This document shows positions 58,950 through 64,000 of a stretch of 64,000 bases of DNA, one piece after another; the stretch's first letter is position 1; every line of letters begins with the position of its first letter. The stretch spans positions 1 to 64,000 of the forward strand of contig JAJQBO010000080.1 in assembly GCA_021203245.1 (NCBI GenBank), read 5' to 3'. The notes beneath the pieces were generated by a model, which saw only the letters and a program-made list of their open reading frames with translations, had not been told where the DNA came from and did not search any database. The position numbers were made by a program, and so were the translations under genes. This DNA is from Planctomycetaceae bacterium. Lineage in GTDB: Bacteria; Planctomycetota; SZUA-567.

Positions 58950-59948
58950 CTAGCCGCGATGCTCTCTCTGCTTCTTGAGCATATCAACATAGACGGCAAT
59001 GAGGATGACGAGCCCTTTGGCGATAAGCTGCCAGAATGAATTGACGTTCATGAGGTTCAGGCCGTTGTTGATGATGCCAATCACCAGGACACCTATCATG
59101 CTGCCGCCAATCCGGCCCAGGCCGCCGGACATGCTTACTCCACCCAAGACGCAGGCGGCAATGGCGTCGAGCTCAAAGCCTTGGCCGACCGTCGGCTGTC
59201 CCGACGTCATACGCGCCGCCAGGATGACGCCGGCGAACGCCGAAATGAGCCCTGATATTGCGTAGACGATGATTTCAACCCGCGAGATCTTGATGCCGGA
59301 AAAACGGGCTGCTTCGCGGTTGCCGCCGACGGCGTAGATATGGGTGCCAAAGACGCTTCGGTTTAGCACAAGGGATATGACGACGATCAAGATGGCTGTG
59401 TAGATAACCGGAAGCGGGATGCCGGCCAGATACCCGATGCCCAACTCGATAAAACTTGCGTCCCTGGTGCGAATCGGCCGGCCACCGGTGTAAACATAGG
59501 CGATGCCGCGGGCGATGTTCATGGTTGCCATGGTGACGATAAACGGAGGCATCTTGGTATAGGCGATGATGCTGCCGTTGGCCATGCCGAAAAGAAGGCC
59601 GACCATCAACCCGAACGCAATCGCCGGCACAACCCCGACGCCATTCCCCATCGCACCGACGGTCAGCGCTCCGGACAGTGCCACAACCGCTCCGACCGAC
59701 AGGTCGATGCCGCCAAGGATAATGACTAACGTCATGCCAAGAGCCAGACATGCATTGGTTGAGACCTGTCGTAGGACATTGAGTATGTTGGCCTGGGTAA
59801 GAAATACCGGCGACAGTATGCTCAGCGCGACCACCATCAGCAGAAGAGCGACGATAATGCCGCGGTTTTCCTTAAAAAAAGTGGTAAAGAAGCGGCCCAT
59901 CTTACCGGCCGCGTTGTGATTTTCGACCATGGTCGGGGATGCGGACAT
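58950..59948 (-). CDS. sugar ABC transporter permease (RbsC-like)
   Basis: 332 aa, polytopic, LGGIDLSVGAVVAL motif. Confidence 0.85.
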   Translation of the reverse strand: MSASPTMVENHNAAGKMGRFFTTFFKENRGIIVALLLMVVALSILSPVFLTQANILNVLRQVSTNACLALGMTLVIILGGIDLSVGAVVALSGALTVGAMGNGVGVVPAIAFGLMVGLLFGMANGSIIAYTKMPPFIVTMATMNIARGIAYVYTGGRPIRTRDASFIELGIGYLAGIPLPVIYTAILIVVISLVLNRSVFGTHIYAVGGNREAARFSGIKISRVEIIVYAISGLISAFAGVILAARMTSGQPTVGQGFELDAIAACVLGGVSMSGGLGRIGGSMIGVLVIGIINNGLNLMNVNSFWQLIAKGLVILIAVYVDMLKKQREHRG

Positions 59949-59949
59949 G

Positions 59950-61443
59950 TCATTCTCCTCCTGTGGCGTAGTACATTATGGTTTCCTGGTCGGCCTGTTC
60001 GCGCGGGAGCTCCTTGGCAATCTCCCCGTTGTGAACAACAACCACGCGGTCGGACATATTGATAATCTCCGGCAGCTCCGACGAAATCATGACAATTGCC
60101 ATTCCGTGCGACGCGAGTGCGTCCATGATTTCATAAATTTCCGCTTTCGCACCCACATCCACGCCACGGGTTGGTTCGTCCAGGATGAGGAGGGACCGAT
60201 TTGGTGCCAACCATTTTGCAATCACTACCTTTTGCTGGTTACCGCCTGAAAGGTCCATTGCTCGCTGGCCCAGTCCCGATGTTTTGATTCTGAGCCGTTG
60301 CGAATATTCCTGAACGATGGAGTTCTTTTTCTGTTTGTTCACGAAAACCGACCGGGTGAATTCGCGCAAAACCGTCAGGGTTAAGTTGAACTCAACGGAA
60401 TGAGAGAGGACCAGCCCCTGTTTTTTCCGATCCTCGGGAACGAGGGATATTCCCTTATTGATGGCATCTTGGGGACCGGTGATAACAGCGGCTTTCCCGT
60501 TCAGAAATATCTCACCGCTGCTGATGGGGTCGACCCCGAAAATCGACTGAAATATTTCGCTTCTTCCCGAACCAGCCAGTCCAGAGAAGCCGACGATCTC
60601 TCCCTTTTTTATAGAGAAATTGACGTTCGTGAAGACGCCTTTACGACATAGGTTTCGTACTTCAAGGACGGTCTCGCCCGGTTCACGAATGCTCCTGGTA
60701 TAGTATTCCTTCATCTCGCGCCCAACCATCATGGCGATAAGTTCATCGAGATTGGTTCCTTTGATAACTTTGGTTCCGACATAGGTGCCGTCGCGCATGA
60801 CAGTCACCCGGTCACAAATGGTAAACAACTCAGAGAGGCGGTGGGAAATATAGACGATACCGACGCCTTTGGTTCGCAGGCTCGTGATTGTCTTGAACAG
60901 GTGGTCGACTTCCCTTTCAGTAAGAGAAGACGTAGGCTCGTCCATGATGATGACCCGCGCGTCAAAGGAGACAGCCTTAATGATTTCGACCATCTGCCGC
61001 TGCGCGAGAGTCAGCTCGCTCACCGGCGTCCTTACATCGAGATCCAAGCCAAGCTCGGTGGCCATTTGCGTCGCGCGCCTATCCATCTCGGCTTTATTGC
61101 GCAGTCCCAATCCACTTCGTATTTCGCTGCCAAGAAAAATGTTTTCAGCAATGCTGAGGTGCGGCACCAGAACGATTTCCTGGTGGATGATACTGACGCC
61201 GTTTACTTTGGCGGTACTGACGCTGTCCATCACCACCTGTTGACCGTTGATGCGTATCTCGCCGGTATCGGGACGGTGGATGCCACCGATGATTTTGATA
61301 AGGGTCGATTTTCCAGCCCCATTTTCACCGAGAAGGGCGTGCACTTCGCCCGGCTTTAATTGCAGATGCACATCCTTCAGCGCCTGTACTCCGGGGAAAG
61401 ACTTGCTGACACCCGTCACCTCGAGCAAGTATGCATCTCCCAT
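59950..61443 (-). CDS. sugar ABC transporter ATP-binding protein (duplicated ATPase, RbsA-like)
   Basis: Walker A GENGAGKST. Signature LSGGNQQK in the second module, and a degenerate one (LTLAQRQ) in the first. Walker B IIMDEPT and LILDEPT. The start ATG 61443 follows AGGAGA. Confidence 0.9.
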   Translation of the reverse strand: MGDAYLLEVTGVSKSFPGVQALKDVHLQLKPGEVHALLGENGAGKSTLIKIIGGIHRPDTGEIRINGQQVVMDSVSTAKVNGVSIIHQEIVLVPHLSIAENIFLGSEIRSGLGLRNKAEMDRRATQMATELGLDLDVRTPVSELTLAQRQMVEIIKAVSFDARVIIMDEPTSSLTEREVDHLFKTITSLRTKGVGIVYISHRLSELFTICDRVTVMRDGTYVGTKVIKGTNLDELIAMMVGREMKEYYTRSIREPGETVLEVRNLCRKGVFTNVNFSIKKGEIVGFSGLAGSGRSEIFQSIFGVDPISSGEIFLNGKAAVITGPQDAINKGISLVPEDRKKQGLVLSHSVEFNLTLTVLREFTRSVFVNKQKKNSIVQEYSQRLRIKTSGLGQRAMDLSGGNQQKVVIAKWLAPNRSLLILDEPTRGVDVGAKAEIYEIMDALASHGMAIVMISSELPEIINMSDRVVVVHNGEIAKELPREQADQETIMYYATGGE

Positions 61444-61548
61444 AATGTAATCTCCTGAATGCCACGGTATGCCCGTGGGACGGCGTAATACCGCCCCGCA
61501 AGGCTTGGACATACCGGCTTCTCTACCTAAATGATTATCGGAGTGCTG

Positions 61549-62490
61549 TTACTGCCAGGATTCGGTTCCGTACTGATCAACATTCGTTTCGTCGATGAGG
61601 AAGGTGGGAATAAGGGTAATGGCATCCGACTTTTCGCCACGCAAGAACTTGTCAGTGACTTCCTTTGTCAGCTTAGCCATGTTGACTGGCGACTGTGCCG
61701 CGGTCGTACGAATCGAACCATCCTTAATCGCGGCTTTTGCATCGGGCGAGCCATCGACGCCATACACAGCAACATCACCAATGCGGTCTGCGGCTTTGAG
61801 GACGGCGATGATGCCGAGAGCGGTGGGATCGTTGATGCCGAAGAAGGCCTGGATTTCCGGATTAGCCTGCAGCATGTTTTCCGCAACGCGCATGGATGGT
61901 TCAAGGGCGGCATTACCGTTTTGCTGCGCGACGATTTCGTACTTCTCCGGCGTCCCGCTAGACTTTATGCCATCCTGAAACCCTTTTTCGCGGTCAACAC
62001 AGGCGGTATAGAGGGGACAGTCGATGACGGCGATTTTAGCCCCGTTCGGAAAGTCCTTCACAATTCTCTGGGCGGTGAGGTAGCCGCAATTATAGTTGTC
62101 TGTCGTTACGGTCGAGACGACCAGATCCTCGTCGCCTTCTTCCATGGTGCAGTCGATTGCCACAACCGGAACATTATTTTGCTGCGCATAGATAAGTCCG
62201 GAGATAATGCCGTCGGTGGTCACCGGTGTGACGAATATGGCACTGGCTCCTTGGGCAATGGCGTCTTCCATCAGGGAGATCTGCACGGCCTGATCGTTGT
62301 TCGGGTCCAGAGGCGTGAACTAGTGGCCTTCCGCGCCATAAATCTCGGCAAAGGTATCCGCAATGGTTGTATAGAACGGGTTATTGAGGTTTTGTGGCAA
62401 GTAGACGTACTTCTTCGTTTCGGCGGCGGATGAGGCGGAACAAACGATCAAAGCGGTCAGTACACAGGCAACGAGGATTCTCTTCAGCAT
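61549..62490 (-). pseudogene. periplasmic sugar-binding protein (RbsB-like) with in-frame TAG
   Basis: Signal peptide MLKRILVACVLTALIVCSASSA. A single frame of 314 codons is interrupted by TAG at 62320-62322: ...EIYGAEGH*FTPLDPNNDQAVQISLMEDAIAQGASAIFVTPV... Confidence 0.85.
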
Positions 62491-62749
62491 GAAACACCCC
62501 TTTTCAAAAGGACAAACTTCACGTAACCAATCCGCCATGTGGGCGATGATTGGGGAGAGTCGATGTTTTTGTCGTGTGTGGCCAGGAGAACCCGACAAGG
62601 GTGCAGTTTGTTCAGGTCGGTGACGGCGTATCTTTTGAACTGTATTAGTAAATTACCCTACGCTTGCAGCCATGTCAATCACATGCATCTTTTTATTGAC
62701 TGATATCAGGCATATAATTTTCAATGCGTTACTTTTCATGGAATTAGGA

Positions 62750-62767
62750 AATTGACGTAATTGACGT
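62750..62767. promoter_or_regulatory. tandem AATTGACGT direct repeat in divergent promoter region
   Basis: AATTGACGT occurs twice back to back. Further TTGAC(G) copies lie at 62787, 62864 and 62919. Confidence 0.3.
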
Positions 62768-62822
62768 TTTCGCCATTACCGGATCGTTGACGGGAATATC
62801 CGGGCAATATTCGGGTAAATTT

Positions 62823-62840
62823 ATGACTATTTTCAGTCAT
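62823..62840. promoter_or_regulatory. ATGACT-N6-AGTCAT inverted repeat
   Basis: Lies in the AT-rich spacer between the ABC operon and the FGGY kinase gene. Confidence 0.3.
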
Positions 62841-62966
62841 TTAATAGATTAGTTGATTGACACGCCCATTTTATGGATTACTATTACTTGTGAACACCAC
62901 GAATCCTCACCTTTTATTTGACGTGCTCACAGTGCCGTTCCAAACTCCAGAGAAGAAGATAATGCC

Positions 62967-64000
62967 ATGATCGCAGGATTGGATATCGGAACCAGCAACT
63001 GCAAACTTTCCGTGTATGCCGGTAAAGACCTCATTGTTCAGGTCAGCGCGTCCTATACTGCCACACGGCGAGACGGAAGGCATACGCTTGACGCGCTGGA
63101 AGTCTGAAGTGCGGTCAAATCTCTCTTCCACAAAGCACTCTCGACCACTCCCTCGGCCGCTTCTCTTCAGTTCCTCGCCATCTCCGCCCTTGGTGAAGCA
63201 GCCGTCCCCATGGACGCACACGGCAACCCGCTGGCGGCGGCGCCATTGTTCTGGGATGCGAGCGGTGTGCAGGAGGTGGAGGAGATCGTTAGAAGGGTAG
63301 GAAAGGAAAGAATCAAGGCGATCAGCGGCGTTATGCCTGATGCCATGTATACCCTGTGCAAGATGGCATGGCAGAAGAAAAATTGCTCCTATTATACAGA
63401 CGCCAAAGCCTTCATGCTGTTCGAGGATTTCATCATCTACCGCCTGACCGAACAGCGGGCGATAAGCTACTCCCTCGCCGGCAGGACGATGGGATTCGAC
63501 GTCGGGGCGAGGACATGGTCGCAAGAGTTGTTCGACGCGGCCAGGGTCGACCCGGCTCTTATGTCTCCTCCCCTGCCCTCCGGCACGCCTGTTGGCACGG
63601 TCCTTCCGGCTGTGCGATCGGAGCTTGGCTTAATGGCGGACACGGTTGTGACGACTGGAGGCCATGACCAGATGTGCGTCGCGGTGGGGGCGGGCGGCAT
63701 TCTCCCCGGTGTCGGCTCCAACGGATCCGGCACCGTGGAGGTGATGGCAGTCACCATTCCGGCCAATACCCGGCAAACCGACCTGCTGGCGAACAACTAC
63801 ACCGTCTCGGTTCATGCCGATCCGCAGGAAATGTTCACCTATTCATGCAACTCCACCGGCAGTTTGTTATTGAACTGGTACATCACGACCTTTGGCGACA
63901 CGGCCAGCGCTTCCCCGTTCCAGGACTTCGAGTCGCGCGCGCCCACAGAACCAACGTCGCTTCTTTCCCTGCCCTACATTGCCGGGAGTGGAACGCCTTT
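62967..64000 (+). pseudogene. FGGY-family carbohydrate kinase with in-frame TGA (3' end outside window)
   Basis: MIAGLDIGTSNCKL start and GGHDQMCVAVGAG motif. The frame is open to the window edge except for TGA at 63105-63107, which falls at the conserved Trp (HTLDALEV*SAVKSL, compared with E. coli XylB DPEQWWQATDRAMKAL). The ORF track does not list it because it has no terminal stop. Confidence 0.8.

Noticed and set aside
38937-63107. Programmed recoding as an explanation for the in-frame stops: TAG as pyrrolysine or Gln, TGA as Trp or selenocysteine, or an alternative genetic code.
   Set aside because: TAG and TGA are both used as genuine terminators by neighbouring genes (TAG at glmS, fliF and the ANTAR regulator; TGA at 43779 and 46296). 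The TAG positions align with different residue types: Gln/Thr-like in DctP and aromatic in DhaL. No pyl or sel machinery and no SECIS-like hairpin is visible. Nonsense mutation is the simpler reading.
62907-63524. A 205-aa ORF on the minus strand.
   Set aside because: It is antisense to the FGGY kinase frame, which carries the DIGTSNCK and GGHDQ motifs.

Overview
All calls below come from reading motifs by eye; no database or folding tool was run.

This is a GC-rich chromosomal window from a flagellated, Gram-negative-type bacterium. Its gene content looks PVC-like. I found no rRNA, tRNA or CRISPR array, and no recognisable defence system other than a HicA/DUF1902 toxin-antitoxin pair.

**First half (1 to about 35 kb): core genes.**
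- A 5'-partial NtrC-type sigma-54 activator.
- trpS, glmS and trmD on the minus strand.
- A frameshifted PfkB sugar kinase.
- A 1011-aa hybrid sensor kinase whose ATP-binding boxes look degenerate.
- RNase E/G, a GNAT acetyltransferase and PSP1/RicT.
- A Cys-phosphatase plus Hanks-kinase pair.
- A frameshifted Tat-signal DUF362 protein next to a membrane polyferredoxin.
- A flagellar cluster, flgB-orf-flgC-fliE | fliF-fliG-fliH-[repeat]-fliI, behind a near-consensus sigma-54 promoter.
- uvrA, a TolC-like lipoprotein and an NCS2 purine permease.

**Second half (about 35 to 64 kb): accessory catabolic region.** It becomes visibly more AT-rich, with a sharp change near 41.3 kb. It carries:
- two TRAP transporters and one sugar ABC transporter;
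- two GntR-family regulators;
- a PdtaS/PdtaR-like two-component system whose regulator has two tandem ANTAR domains;
- Zn-dehydrogenases and TIM-barrel isomerases;
- a fused dihydroxyacetone kinase, a creatininase-family protein, an HMGL-like lyase, a class II aldolase and an FGGY kinase;
- a decayed IS5-family transposase.

**Most interesting observations.**
1. A 178-nt structured palindromic repeat occurs twice. Each copy lies in the sense orientation inside an operon spacer (trpS-glmS and fliH-fliI), and REP-like hairpins with the same GTCAYYCCSGCG head follow fliI.
2. Eight gene disruptions fall only in accessory genes: four homopolymer frameshifts and four in-frame stops. The stops are three TAG and one TGA, and each is reachable by a single G:C-to-A:T change.
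3. The ANTAR regulator has tandem output domains, and leader terminators lie nearby.
4. An uncharacterised gene sits between flgB and flgC.
5. A 4+4 inverted array of AT-rich heptamers lies upstream of the phosphatase-kinase operon.
6. A CGATATATCG palindrome occurs three times around a GntR gene.
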